From NCBI GenBank assembly GCA_000182565.2, contig KQ257463.1: a DNA stretch of 29,788 nucleotides, one strand, 5' to 3'. Of this stretch, positions 10,721-23,000 are shown piece by piece. Each line of letters starts with the position of its first letter. The stretch's first letter is position 1. The notes below the pieces were generated by a model that was not told the DNA's origin, did not search any database, and worked only from the letters and a program-made list of their open reading frames with translations. The stretch is from Spizellomyces punctatus DAOM BR117 (lineage: Eukaryota). The translations under genes were made by a program, and so were the position numbers.

Positions 10721-12555
10721 CTACGCTTGATCATTTTGAAACGCTCGCTTTATCCAGGCCAATTCCACAGCTTCGTACCCGGCCGCCCGGTTCAATCCTA
10801 GTATTATATCTACCTCTCTTGTGGTCACGACAGAATCACACTGTGCTGTCGGGCATTTTACAATATCCTTGGTTCTCATACTTTCGACTATGCGTTTCCT
10901 GAAGCATTTCGTGCATATCGTGTGCTTGCAAGTCAATATGATTCCCTCTCCGCGTTGGCAGGCTACCCGGCAATCACAACAGTCGAATCCCTAGTGAAAC
11001 AATGTGAATGAGCAGAGGATTCAAATGTAGATGAACATCCTCTCAACGTACAGCCAAACACAATTTTAAATCTCTGGCAAGCCTAACGGCCTCCCGATCA
11101 TTCGTCATCCACTTCGTGTTCATCTGTTTCCGCTCACAGAAGCGCTTATATTTTTCATGGAGATCATCACCGCTTGACCTGTTGGACGTTGCGGACGGAG
11201 GAGTAGACCGGCGCGGCTGACCAACTGAGGACCCACCAGAACTGGAGGAGGATGGGCCTGATTCAGACAATACATTTTTGTTCCAACGTGATCGCCGCGG
11301 AGAACGCATCCGATGGGAACTGTCGCTTGAACCAGATGCAGGCGTGCTTGCACTGCCTACCAAGCCCACTGTTTGATCAAAGCGTGAAGCCAGATCCGTG
11401 AGCCACGGGGAGCGACCTCCTCTGTTCCCTGATCTTGCGTTTGCGCCGTCTGCGTTTGTTGTGTCCGGTGCATCAAAGGAGAAACCTGTTGAAAGACCGC
11501 TTCCGAACGTGAAGGTCGCCGGAGGTTCTTGTGGGGGAGGTACTGGTGGTTCACTTGGTGCGAATCTCCCACGCGGGCGGGCGATACGCCTTCGAGTCGG
11601 ACTGGAAGGAGGGTTGTTACCTGTGGTTCCGTTCGTTGGATTGGTAGAGTGCCCTTATGATACACGAAAATGAGCACCTTTTGCGGACCGGCAAATAGCG
11701 TGCACTTCTCACCTTGCTCTGAAGTCGAAACATCACTGTCATGGTCTCCATCCCTCGGGCTCAACATAGAGACGCCAAGCCTGCGCCCATCGCTAAAAAT
11801 GACCTTGTCTGAAGGTTGAAAGCGAGGACGTTGAGTATCTGGCCCCGAGTTTCTGGACGATTCAAAGCGCGAACGCTGCGAGCCTGACGCCTGGTTCCCT
11901 GGGATTTGAGGACCAGGTCGACCTGCTATGACCTGAAAACCAGATACAAGTTGTGGTTCCTTAATACGCACTATTGGGTTACCCGTCACATCAAAATGCT
12001 TACATTGGTCAAGTCCAAAACTCCATCCCTGGACCTCACAGGTAGAGATGGAGACGACCCACTTGGCGTTTCTGCAATATGACCTCGCAGGTGATCAGCG
12101 AGATCTTGGACCTTGAGGCATGGGGATAATTCACGCACGGCAACCTTGAAAAATATGAGACTTGAGCCACTGCGGTATTCTCTACCGTTTGGTGTACCCA
12201 GCGTCGTACCTTTCTTGCGCATAACGGGCACTTTTGATAGCGTCGTAGCGACTGTTCAATGCAAGTCCTGCGCACGAAACCAGGAAAGCTATGATTGACA
12301 GTTGCTAGCCAGAGCAGATAGAGTGACATACCGGCAATACATATGATCACACGGCGTTCTTCTCACGTCGCGATACAGCTCAAAACAGATGCTGCACTGG
12401 AGCTCGTTTGTTATGGTTTCGATGAGCTTGGCGGCCCCGGTACTCTTGTCATGATTGTTAGGATGAACGCAATTTGATTGTGGACTCGTGTTCTGTGGTC
12501 CAGCTGCGGGGTCCTTTCCTTTAGACCTCCTTGGGTTGGCCAAGATGCGAGCCAT
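10721..12555 (-). CDS. Putative E3 ubiquitin ligase with two RING fingers separated by a long disordered linker (multi-exon)
   Basis: ATG at 12555 (MARILAN). N-terminal C3HC4 RING ELQCSICFELYRDVRRTPCDHMYCR/TCIEQSLRRYQKCPLCARK/VAVRELSP, then a Ser/Pro/Arg-rich linker. Last exon 10721-10990: GFDCCDCRVACQRGEGIILTCKHTICTKCFRKRIVESMRTKDIVKCPTAQCDSVVTTREVDIIL. Confidence 0.8.
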
Positions 12556-12820
12556 GATCGCAGGCACGCCAGATTGATAATGGTTGACAGGTTTCACCAG
12601 ATGGTGCGCAGCATTGATCGACATTACGTAATCAAAGCGTTGCATTTTCGAAAAACGCCCTGGTGCAAATAGCTGACGACAATTGGTCCGGTTTGAATAG
12701 ATGCATACTCAAATGAGTGACTACATTTACGGCTTCAGAATGTGCTTGTCAGCCAACCTAAGTACAATGTGATGATACAGCTATATAACACGTCCTATCG
12801 TCCTACGCAACCCGCTGTGA

Positions 12821-15292
12821 TCAGGAGGCGACGATCGAACAGACTGTTGCAGAATGCTCATGCGAGCCACATGTTTCGCATGTATGAAGGAAGCGGCACT
12901 GACTGCCGTTTCTACAGTATCCTTTGTTATTATTCCAATAGTGGCATGTTCTTCCGTTTTGCGGAACAGCATTGATGGCAGGCACGCTTTGCTTAAACTT
13001 GCGTGGTGTGGTTTCTTGCAATTGAATTTTGAACTTCTTGTTCCGACCTTCGCGTTCGCCAGTTTCCCCTTCATATCGGCCACGCTTGCGATGACTACCT
13101 ACGTCCATTGTCGCACTGTCAGACGTATGCTGCCGCGAACGGGGTGCGGGACTTCGTCGCCCGGCTGCAAAGCTCTCTTCCGGGTACGCGATCGGTGGAG
13201 GGACTGACCGATTCACATAACGGGTTACAACTACCGGACAATCTAAGCTGGGATGGGCACCGCCGCAATTTATGCATCGGTGAACTCGTTCTGAGTAATG
13301 ATGGGGTTAGTGTTATTGTCCGAGTTTATTTAGGCATCACATTCAACCATGATGTGTTGAGACAATGATCATTACACGTACTGCAGGTATCAAAGCCACA
13401 AAGTCCACTCGAGTTCCAGTTTTGACAAAAGTCCGTATACTTCCTGCCCGGCATTTCTGGCTTGACCTTGTCTTTATGAGGACACTCGAACATTCCATGG
13501 TCTCCATGACAAATCATACAGACATTCAAACGAGGGCACCGGCTTAGGTCGCAATGACTTTTGTTCCAGTGAAGACAGATTTGTGCCTTCCTGTCACACT
13601 CCACAAAGGTATGGGCAGACGAGCCGCAATAAGCGCATTGATGCAAATGGTAACAATTGCGATGAATGCAGTTGCCACGATTCCAATGTAGGCATACACG
13701 TTGTCGTTTTCCAGATGCGAGCAAATAGGGATTTGCACTAGTCCTCTCGGGACTACGGGACTTTTCCGTACGCCTGTTGTCGTTGCCTCGTGTTGGTGTT
13801 ACAGCGCGTGATTCTGACAAGGCCTGCTTCGAAGAATCAGTATCTCTCTCTATAATCGAAATTACGACAGGCCTCTCGTCAGTACGGCTTTCACCCTGCG
13901 GCTCAGAGCCTAATCTTCTAGGAGTCTGGGATATGCTTTCGAAAAGCTTTTGCACAGCATCTTCAAGAGGTGCCTCTGGTGCCGTCTCAATTTCCGAAAT
14001 CGGGGACCATCTGCTCTCAACAGCAGCTCCCTTGTTTTTCAAGATGGGTAACATCGCGCGATTAGAAGCATTTCCCTCAGTCTGCATCGCAATTTCATTA
14101 CTAGACAAAGGGGGTTTGCTTGTATCAAGCACATTTGAGTTGAGGGTGGACATCAACTGGTTTGGAATGCCTGTATGTTTTTCAAGGCTGGATATCCCAA
14201 GGGGTTGAACTCCCGCATTTTGACCAATTTGGACATATTTCAATCGAGCCAGTAGGTCAGCACGCTTTGTTGCGGCTTCAGCTTTCATTTCACCCAACTG
14301 TTGCTTCGACATTGCCAATTTTAGGGAAAGCTGATTCCTTGCTCCGTCTACACGCTGCTTGTGGGCTTCTTTTTCGACTAGTTCTTTTTGCAAGTTCATA
14401 ATGCGCGCTCGTAGAGAATCACATTCGTTAGCCAATCTCGCAATTTCAGCTTGATGCTGATAGGAGGCATTCATGTCTTCAATGAACTGATTTTCGACTA
14501 GATCCACTTTCTCCGAGTGCTCAAGTATCTCCAACTGTAATTGATAAAGCTCTCGCTGTTTAATTTCATCGTTCGCATTATGGATAGCGGCAGCGGTGCG
14601 ACCAAGCAGCCCGGATCCCTCTGGTCTGCAGGTGACCGGTTCTTCATTGTTACGTAAGGACACTCGTCCATTATCCACAGCTGCAAACAGTTTATCGCCT
14701 GCCTGTACAGTTGAACTTGCTGGTACAGACTCCAGTACACTTTGCATTTCACTTATGGGAGATCTCCCAACCGGCTTCGCGGTGGCGAAACGTGCCCATA
14801 TGTTCAGCAAGGCAGGAAAGGATGCAGCTGCGGTCTGAATATTTGTGGGCACCATATCAGACGCACCATTAGATCCTCCACTTGGTGAACCCATTCCGAT
14901 ATCATCTACTTCTGCCAAGCCGTTCAGGGGAGTTCTTATTCCGGCGGTAACGGGCTCATCGGCATGTACTCCCAGCATTTCGTATGACAAGGAGCGTGGG
15001 CTTGGTTCACAGTTGATGTCGCCTATACGAGATGTTGGGGGGCTTTCTGGTTCTTTTTTGGGTGTTACCCAATATGTGCCATTGCTCACCGTCTCATAGG
15101 TCGGTAGACGGTGCACTGCAGGAGTTGAGACTGGACGCTCCATAACAAAATGGATGGGTATCTGTAAGTCCGGAGGAACACAAGGTCGAAGGCTCAAGAA
15201 TTAACAGTCCAGACTTGCAAAATCAAAACACCTTCAAAAGCCAAATGCTACCTGATCACCGCAGATGGTTTCATCGCAAAAAGTTGTGCCAT
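12821..15292 (-). CDS. Coiled-coil protein with four tandem CCCH+CCHC zinc-finger modules (putative nucleic-acid binding)
   Basis: The large ORF 13326-15197 splices (intron 13291-13381) to a last exon 12821-13290. Modules: CLHWNRGNCIHRNCYHLHQCAYCGSSAHTFVEC, CLHWNKSHCDLSRCPRLNVCMICHGDHGMFEC, CQNWNSSGLCGFDTCKRVHRCINCGGAHPSLDC, CHYWNNNKGYCRNGSQCRFLHTCETCGSHEHSATVC. Heptad-rich central segment. The short first exon from ATG 15292 is tentative. Confidence 0.82.
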
Positions 15293-15311
15293 CGTCCACA
15301 GCAGAGTAATA

Positions 15312-15320
15312 TCACGTGAC
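15312..15320. promoter_or_regulatory. E-box (TCACGTGAC)
   Basis: Palindromic bHLH-type site ~20 bp upstream of the predicted ATG at 15292. Similar sites lie upstream of other genes in the window. Confidence 0.35.
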
Positions 15321-15551
15321 TACGATCACTTCATGTAATCCAGCAGGTAAGCAGGTCTCATTGTGCAAGTCAACTACTTTTGACTTTAGTACTTTACGAC
15401 ATGTATTCATTTAAACAGCAATTTGCAAAAGGCAATAAATGCAAACAATAAGCTCGCCTACGATTCACTTGCATCCCTCACTTGCGATTCAAGCTCCCAC
15501 GACACAATCAACGTTCTCATTTTTCTGATATTTTGTGAATCTTGACCTGGT

Positions 15552-16130
15552 TCACTCAACGGTCATATCATCTTTTGCAGAACCATCAGCATCTTCATTG
15601 AAATCGTTCGTTTGCATCCATGCGCGCTCTCCCCATTTTACACACTGTTCACATGTCGGAAGTACTTCCCGTCTCTGCACTTTTGAGAAGGAGCTTTTGA
15701 GCAGGATCCTGTAACAGCACTTGCATCGGAGATGAGTCTCAGGGGTTGCGGTACAGTCGATGCAAGCGTGATTGTGATGCCTGTTCTTGAGACGATCCTT
15801 GAAGGGGAACCAAGGACCAGGCGGCGAGGTGCAATGCATGGCTTGTTCTTCGGGCGAGAATCTAGGTGATTGGGTGAGAGTTGAAACATTGCCTAACTAT
15901 GCAAGTTAGGCGTACCTCGACTGTGGAAGTTGTTTTCGGCAGATATGGCAGAAGAGGCTTTTGGCAATGTTCGCCCGCCGAACGTTCATCATTTCTTGTT
16001 CAGCAATGTCGTAGGTTTCTGGTATGTCAAAATGTTAGCGTCGGTTGCGGTGCGAATCATTGGAACAGAATATACCATAGCTCATATCATCCCACCAGGA
16101 TGGTCCGGTTTTTTCTTGGCTGTCCGACAT
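15552..16130 (-). CDS. Stc1-like tandem zinc-finger protein, 155 aa, 3 exons
   Basis: Exons 16076-16130, 15916-16018 and 15552-15861 splice in frame (468 nt): ...LFCHICRKQLPQSRFSPEEQ...HACIDCTATPETHLRCKCCYRILLKSSFSKVQRREVLPTCEQCV..., then an acidic tail. This fits the Stc1 pattern CxxC..FS..Q..CxxCT..LxCxxC..FSKxQR..CxxC. Confidence 0.78.
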
Positions 16131-16435
16131 TATGTTTAATTCGCAAAAATGTGTAGTGCGAAATGGAAGAAGCTTCGCCAACAGAAAGGCTGTCAGTCAG
16201 TTAACCCACATGACACGTGACATGACTACAGGCAACCAGGACGATAACGACGCTTGGAGTCAAACGACATGTCCTGCGCAGTCACAGAAAAGCAAAAGAA
16301 AGTACAGGACTGAGGGCCATTGGTACGCAATATCTATTATATATTCCAAACAGTAGCCATAGGATAAAACTGCATATAAATCTCATTAAGTATGGATGAT
16401 CCCGCAGTCATCTCCAAGTATATACCAGCGGTCGA

Positions 16436-17679
16436 CTATGATTCCAAGCGCTCTTCATCTCCCCGTCCCGAAATGCTTGCTTCACGTTCTACCAAACTTC
16501 CACATCGTCCCTCAACTTTCAAGCACCAATTTCGGTGGGCAATCCATGACGCGCGCTGGCATTGTTTGCTATCACAAACAAGATTGCTAATGAGATGGAG
16601 AAATCTCTGAGAAAAAAGTAGTCTCAGACATACCTGCAATACACAACCCTTCTACACCGTGAGCATTTTAGAAATTCTCTTTCGATTTTTTCTACGCGCC
16701 CACAGGCGTTTTCGAATCTCTTTTCCGGTCCAAAGTTGCCGCATCTTCGAAAGGGCTGACATCCGTCGGATCTTTTGAACGCGTTTCTCATGCATATGAT
16801 TGCCCATCGTCGAATCTCTGGATTATATTGGGGACCGGTAAAGTGTTCCGTAAGTGCAAAAATATTGGGTGTGCTGCCATGGAGGTGTGCCCGGAGACTG
16901 GCGTATTTCGAGAGGTATGCAGTCAGCTTCAAGGCTGGCAGAAGCGTAGGATGTGTGGAGGCAGGTACAAGAGGAGTCGTGATTGAACTTGTCGTCGTCG
17001 TCGTCGTCGTCGTCGTTGTTGTTGATGTTGTCTGTTCTATATCTGCGGTGCTTGAGAGATTGGGACTCGGAAGACCAAGTAATGTCCCGTTGGAGTTATC
17101 TGGTGGAAGGGAATCTGCTGTAGTTGCGGATAGTTCGGGTTGCAACGATTGTGGGTACGTGGTAGGCATGTTGGGCGAACCATCCTGTGATTCAACGGCC
17201 ATGGCAGCCGCCGCCAGTGGAGAAAGGACATCCTGACCGTCCGCAGTCGTCTTTAGCGCAGGACCTTTCCCGCCTCCCGCCGCAAAGGCGCCGCTCAAAA
17301 CAACAATCAAGACCGGGATCACCTTGGCCTCCACCAAACGTCGCCGCAGTCGCTGATTTCCACGGACAGCAACGTTGCTCAGACAGCACACTCCGGCCAC
17401 AATGCACACTCCCCATTGCTGTGCTCGCGCTCCTTTGGCCACACTGACTTTCTGTACTCCTTTCAGCACAATCCTCACCAGACACTCTAGCCCGCCGTCG
17501 ACAGCCAGTACCTGCGCTATTCTTGCATGTGTGCACGTCAAGTACGTCAAGTTCAGCAGGCTGTGTGAAAGGGCAAGTGGGTCTGTACACGTCAATGCGC
17601 GTTTGTCATAGTGGTTGGGTGTCAGAGTTATGGCTCCTGTTGACGGGTGTAGGGAGGAAAAGTTGGACTGTCGAACCAT
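16436..17679 (-). CDS. MUB1: MYND-type zinc finger protein, Mub1/SamB family
   Basis: N-terminus MVRQSNF...ITLTPNHYDKRALTCTDPLALSHSLLNLTYLT...VDGGLECLVRI; ALKLTAYLSKY; WAIICMRN. MYND finger CGN...CGRVE...EFLKCSRCRRVVYC/SKQCQRASWIAHRNWC across intron 16569-16633. Confidence 0.92.
16991..17031 (+). repeat. (GTC)n/(GTT)n trinucleotide tract encoding poly-Thr in Mub1
   Basis: Eight GTC units followed by GTT units, read as a Thr run on the minus strand. Confidence 0.9.
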
Positions 17680-18488
17680 TGTCTTTCTAGGTAGGAGATG
17701 GGAAGGAGGAGGAGTGCTTGAAATGGACACTTTTCTTCGCGCTAGCTGGCCCGACCCCTCCAAAATATAAAGGACTGCGCGCGTTGTGTGTGCTCGGGTG
17801 TGCTGTGTCTGGGCTGGTTTCGTTTATAAACTCGTCGATGCGCAGTAACAAGTCAAAGCAGTTGTCTCGCCCCGATATTTTCTTCTTTTCTATTTCGACC
17901 CTTCTCCTTCCGCCAAACGACGTCAACAAAATCAAAGTTCAAATAGTGTCGTCACTTGTTTATTTTTTTTTTTTTGCTTGTGCTGCGCTCTCTCCTTTTT
18001 AGCTGGTTTGCATTTTCAACTTGAATGTGTGCTCCCTTGTCGCCAACTCTTGAAACCACGGCGTGCAAAACAAACGGGCCGTGACCAACAAATCACACTC
18101 AAGGCCCAAACGAACACACACACAGCAGCAGCAAAAACCTAGAGATTGCTTTCAAAACGGCCAGGAAACCGAGCATTTCGAAAACGTTTTTTTCTTTTTT
18201 TTCTTTGTTATTTTATATGTCTGTTTTTTTTGTTTTTTGATATCTCCCAAAACATAAACTTGATCATCTTCCCCCGGCCCATCCAAATCCATTCCAGCCA
18301 TTGAAATCTACTGAATTTTTATTTCTTGTTTTTTGCGTACATAAATCTAAGAGCAACTTCTAAACAGTAAACACAAAGCGGCCCGCGCTCCAGGTACACT
18401 GAAGTTTCTAAGTGTAAAAACTCGCCCGAGTGAAAGGGACGGGAGCGAAAGTTTCATAGAAGAACACCGAGCCCCAACTGTTGATATT

Positions 18489-19378
18489 TCAAGGAATCGG
18501 TTGGCCAACAAAGTTGCCGCTGTCAAAGCAAGAAAAAAGGATTAAAAACTTGGTATCCCTTATTAATAACGCAGGAGACATGTCAAAAAAACTCACGCAG
18601 GAAAGTACTCGCAGACAACAAATGAAAGCTTTTGGCCAGTTCCGTCATTCACACCGAGGGCACAACCCAATTCCTTTGTCGTGCCCCATACAACTTGAGA
18701 GTAATGTCCATAGGCGTGAAAGTCGCCATCGCCAATCAGCCCACTTTTGGGCATTAAGCTCTTTTCATCGTACCAACTCTGAACGGCAGGTCCGCACGCC
18801 TGATTCTCGTCGCCACTTGTTGAAGAGGCAAAAAGATTTTCACCAAAGGGACCTCCCGAATGTTCAAGATCAAATTTGCCAGAGGCCGCAAGCGTGTTGG
18901 CCCAGTTCTGAGCATGTGCAGCAGCCTTGGCTGACCACACGAGAGCGCCCTTGCCATCTTGAGCACGAAGGCGGTTGTGAGTGGCGAGACAATCATCCTG
19001 GAATGAGCCCTTTGGGACCGGTTTGGGCTCTGGCTTTGGAATAGGAGTCGGCGTGGGTTCGGGTTTGGGTTTGGGTACGGTGGGTACGGACACGAACTTG
19101 GCCGGTTCCGGTTTAGGTGTAGAAATAGGTTTTGGCGAATCGACGGGTTTCGGAGCGGGAAGCGCAGGTGTCGGCACGACTTTGGGCAGTTCCACATATG
19201 AAGGAGGTTCTGGCGTCGCTGTGGGAAAGACTGCGGCTGTTGATGTGACCCGCTTCTTGCAGTTTCCCTCGTGACGTGCAGCGAGCCGGCGCCTGCACTT
19301 TAGACCCGCAGCGGATACAGAGTCCGTCGCACTGAGAGCCGCGACGGCGATAACCATGATACTTGCCAACTTGACCAT
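18489..19378 (-). CDS. Secreted CAP-superfamily (PR-1/Pry1-like) protein with Pro-rich linker
   Basis: Signal peptide MVKLASIMVIAVAALSA and PKP/PEP linker. CAP motifs LATHNRLRA, LVWS, LEHSGGPFGENL, AVQSWYDE, GHYSQVVW, LGCA, VVCEYFPA/GNFVGQ. Intron 18520-18596, stop 18489-18491. Confidence 0.95.
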
Positions 19379-20019
19379 AATGAGAGAGGGCGACCTGCGC
19401 TTTACGTTCTATGTAATTCTATATATATAATACAGACGCACAAACACGGCAGTGCAAAGACCAGCTTGCAATCCGAAAGTGTTGAAATGAGGAGGAACAC
19501 GTTGGGGGGGAGGAAGCGGAGGTGCTGGCACTTTAATACCCATTTTTTTCCCTTCCTTCTTTTTACGCCTGCCGTTTTTTTTGCAAGTCGGCTGGTCGCA
19601 CGGATGAGCCGCTCACTAGCGCAAAAAATTACAATTTTTAAGTTTTCGGACAAACGGTACGGCTTACATAAGCATGTCGGACGGCCAATTCCGCTTGTGC
19701 GCATTGTAGTTGCCATGTCGTTGTGCATGGGCATTTTGTTTGTCAGTGCATGTGCTGCACTTGTTCGAGATGGGGGTTTGTAGGTCGATCGGTTAAGGGA
19801 GCTGGCGGCGTCAGCATTCTATTGTTCCCCTTTGGCAATAAAGGATCATTTCCCGTAGATACCCTCCATATTCCTTTGCCAATTAAATGTCATGACACTA
19901 TATTCGTAACATTCCTTGAATGGCCGAGTTTCTGTCCTGTATCATAGTGTGATTTTTTACTCATTGTGCCGGGAGACCTTGGACCACATACACATCTTTT
20001 GGATTCTCTGGACAAGAAC

Positions 20020-23000
20020 ATGAGCAGAAATCAACCTTTTCCACCAGATCCACATTTGGATGCAACAACATACTTTGAGCGAAATCACATTAATCAGATT
20101 TTAGAGGTCGGTGTTTGGCTCAAAAGTCCTTTGTTTTTGGGTGTCCATTGACACACAGTTTGTTTAAAGAGTATCGTGACGGGCCTGACCTTTACCAGGC
20201 CGGATGATCCACTTGCTTACATTGAAGACTGCGTGCATCGTATCCGCCTGGGGGATCTGCCTGGTGGAAAGGCAAAACTAAAGTGGGACATTTTCATTCC
20301 ATCATCAACGTCGACTTCAACTCAACGTAAAGAATTGCCCGGACGACAGCCAGAGCAAAGAAAATCTAAAGCGGTTGTTCCTCCCCTGCGAAAGAAACCG
20401 CCAGCCCCTCATACATTACCTCCTATGCAGCAGCAGTTCAGTCCAGTCGTGAGTGGGCCTGGGATCTTGCTGGATGTGTCATCCAAACCGCTCTTGCGAA
20501 GGAATGACAGTGGCGCCCGGGACACCGACGCTCGGCCAATCAAATCAGCCACAAAAAGGGTAGAAGAACGTAGTTTGGAACCAGAGTCGCCCCAGTCACC
20601 TCTTCCCAGTGGCACTGAGCCGATGACGACCCAAAGTCGTCCAGCAACAAGGACACTGGGAGGTCCAACACCTTTGCCTCCTATCAAAGCTGCCAACATC
20701 GCAGACGTACCTACACTAGACCAGCAAGTGCCAGTGCAGAGCGTTTCGACGTCGAGTGCACCTGAGCCCGTGCAAGTAAAGGAATCTGGGGAGGAAATCA
20801 CTCAGACCTTGGCGGTTCCTGAAAGAAAACAAGTGTTGGGCAAGGCTTGGGATAACATTGTGTTTGTATTGGGAGGCCCTGGATGCGGTATGTGGTCTTG
20901 TACTCTACCAGATATTTTCACGCAGCTGCGAAACTCAATCTGGAATTTACTGCCCCAGGAAAGGGAACGCAATGCGCACAGATTGCAAAGGACTTTAACT
21001 ACACTCATCTTTCCGCCGGGGATCTTCTCCGCGCTGAAGTCGCCACTGGCTCCGATCTTGGTAGAGAGCTGGACTTGATGATGCGCGAGGGAAGGATTGT
21101 ACCCATGGTATTCATTACAAAATGTCTTGCAGTTTTGTGTCCTGTGGTCAATCTCTCACACTCTAATACGCCAGCATGTCACGGTCCGACTCCTTCGTGA
21201 AGCCATGGAAAGAGCAGAGGCGTCAGAAGGATTTCTCATTGACGGGTTTCCGCGACAACTTGACCAGGCGACGGCTTTCGAAGAAGAGGTGCATATACTG
21301 GTCTCAATTCTTGACTGCAGATTGTTTGCTCACAGCATACTATTCTTCGAAATGCAGATTCGACCATGTAAATTCGTCTTGTACTTTGAGTGCTCTGAAG
21401 AGCAGCTCGAAAAGCGTTTACTGAAGCGTGGCGAGACAAGCGGACGAGCAGATGACAACATTGAAACTATCAAGAAGAGGTTCAGAACATTTATTGAAAC
21501 ATCGTTGCCTGTTATCCAAGATTTTGAAAGAAAAGGAAAGTGCATAAAGGTAAAAATGTGTTCAGTCACGGGTGTGTCTGACATTATCCGTACTGACATT
21601 TGTTGCGTGAGAATGTAGATATCGTCTGAACCACCTGTCGATGAAGTTTACAATACGGTGAGAAAACATTTTGAAGAACCGCTGCCTTTGAACCATCCAA
21701 ATGTCGTGTTCGTGCTCGGTAAGATATGTGCCTTGGCTTGTGCGGACGAAATTGATAGACTAATTGAGCTGAACTCACCATCAAGGCGGCCCCGGATCTG
21801 GTATGTCATCGAGTTACTAGTGCTCCCACATGCATATGTTTACCATGCTCTGCTCGTCTGCGAAGGCAAAGGCACACAATGTGTGCGGTTAGCGGAAGAA
21901 TTCGGACTTACGCATCTGTCTACCGGTGATCTTCTTCGGGCAGAAATTGGAAAAGCATCGGCGATCGGCAGAGAGGTTGAAGGAATCATGAAGGAGGGCA
22001 AGATGGTTCCGATGGTCGGTGACAAACTTTAGGAAGTCACTCGCCTCTATGTGTGGTACTCACAGGCTGAACGTTTTGGCAGCGCGTTATCATGCAGCTG
22101 CTTCGAAGTGCAATGGAGGGAAAGGGCCTAGATACACACGGATTCCTCATTGGTAATGTACCGAGATGCTGAGAGTAATGCCACATTGATGAAGTCCCCA
22201 AACCTAACAAGGATCCATATAGATGGATTTCCGCGCGCCATGTCGCAAGCCCATGAATTCGAAAAATCAGTATGTAAAATGCTTGGTGTTCGTGAGGCCC
22301 GTTGCTAACGATTTTCCCAAGATCGGGCCGTGTCGCAAAGTCTTGTTTTTCAACTGCTCTCTTCCAGTGTTGGAGCAGCGACTTTTGGAGCGTGGAAAGA
22401 CTAGCGGGCGAGTAGATGACAATTTGGAGACGATACGGAAACGCTTCCAAACATTCCAGGACGAGAGTGTGGAGGTCATAAATTGGTTTAAAGCCAAAGG
22501 CAAGGTCATAGAGGTATGTGTCGCTTGGCATTATGACAGCTTGTATTGTGGGTGAATCTAAGTCCTCACTGATGACGGATAAAACAATCAGATTTCCTCT
22601 GAGCGAGCCATTGATGAAGTGTATCAAGAAGCCAGAAAGGTGTTCATCTTGCCAGAGCCATTGAATCACCCCAACGTCGTGTTTATTCTGGGTGAGTCCT
22701 TATCTCTTAGTGTTACAGCTCCCTCAACTTCTAATGTTTTGTGCGTCCAATCGAAGGTGGCCCTGGGTCAGGTTAGTATCCCTGGCCATAGAACACACTA
22801 TCTGCAAGTCGTCTTACCTTGACTAGGCAAAGGCACACAATGCTCTCGCCTGGCTAACGACTACCAGCTGAAACATATCTCCACCGGTGATTTATTGCGA
22901 AATGAGGTCGCTAAGGGTTCTGAAATTGGTCAATTTGTGCAGAAAATCATGATCGAGGGGGGAATGGTTCCAATGGTATGAAACTGACGTCAGATGTCTA

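Noticed and set aside
17680-18488. Long intergenic region with poly-T/poly-A tracts and short ORFs
   Set aside because: Low-complexity sequence consistent with the Mub1 promoter/5' UTR and the CAP gene 3' UTR; no structured RNA or coding signal recognised.
19823-19838. Possible RFX X-box (GTTCCCCTTTGGCAAT) upstream of the adenylate kinase gene
   Set aside because: Spacing and the right half-site deviate from consensus; too weak to call.
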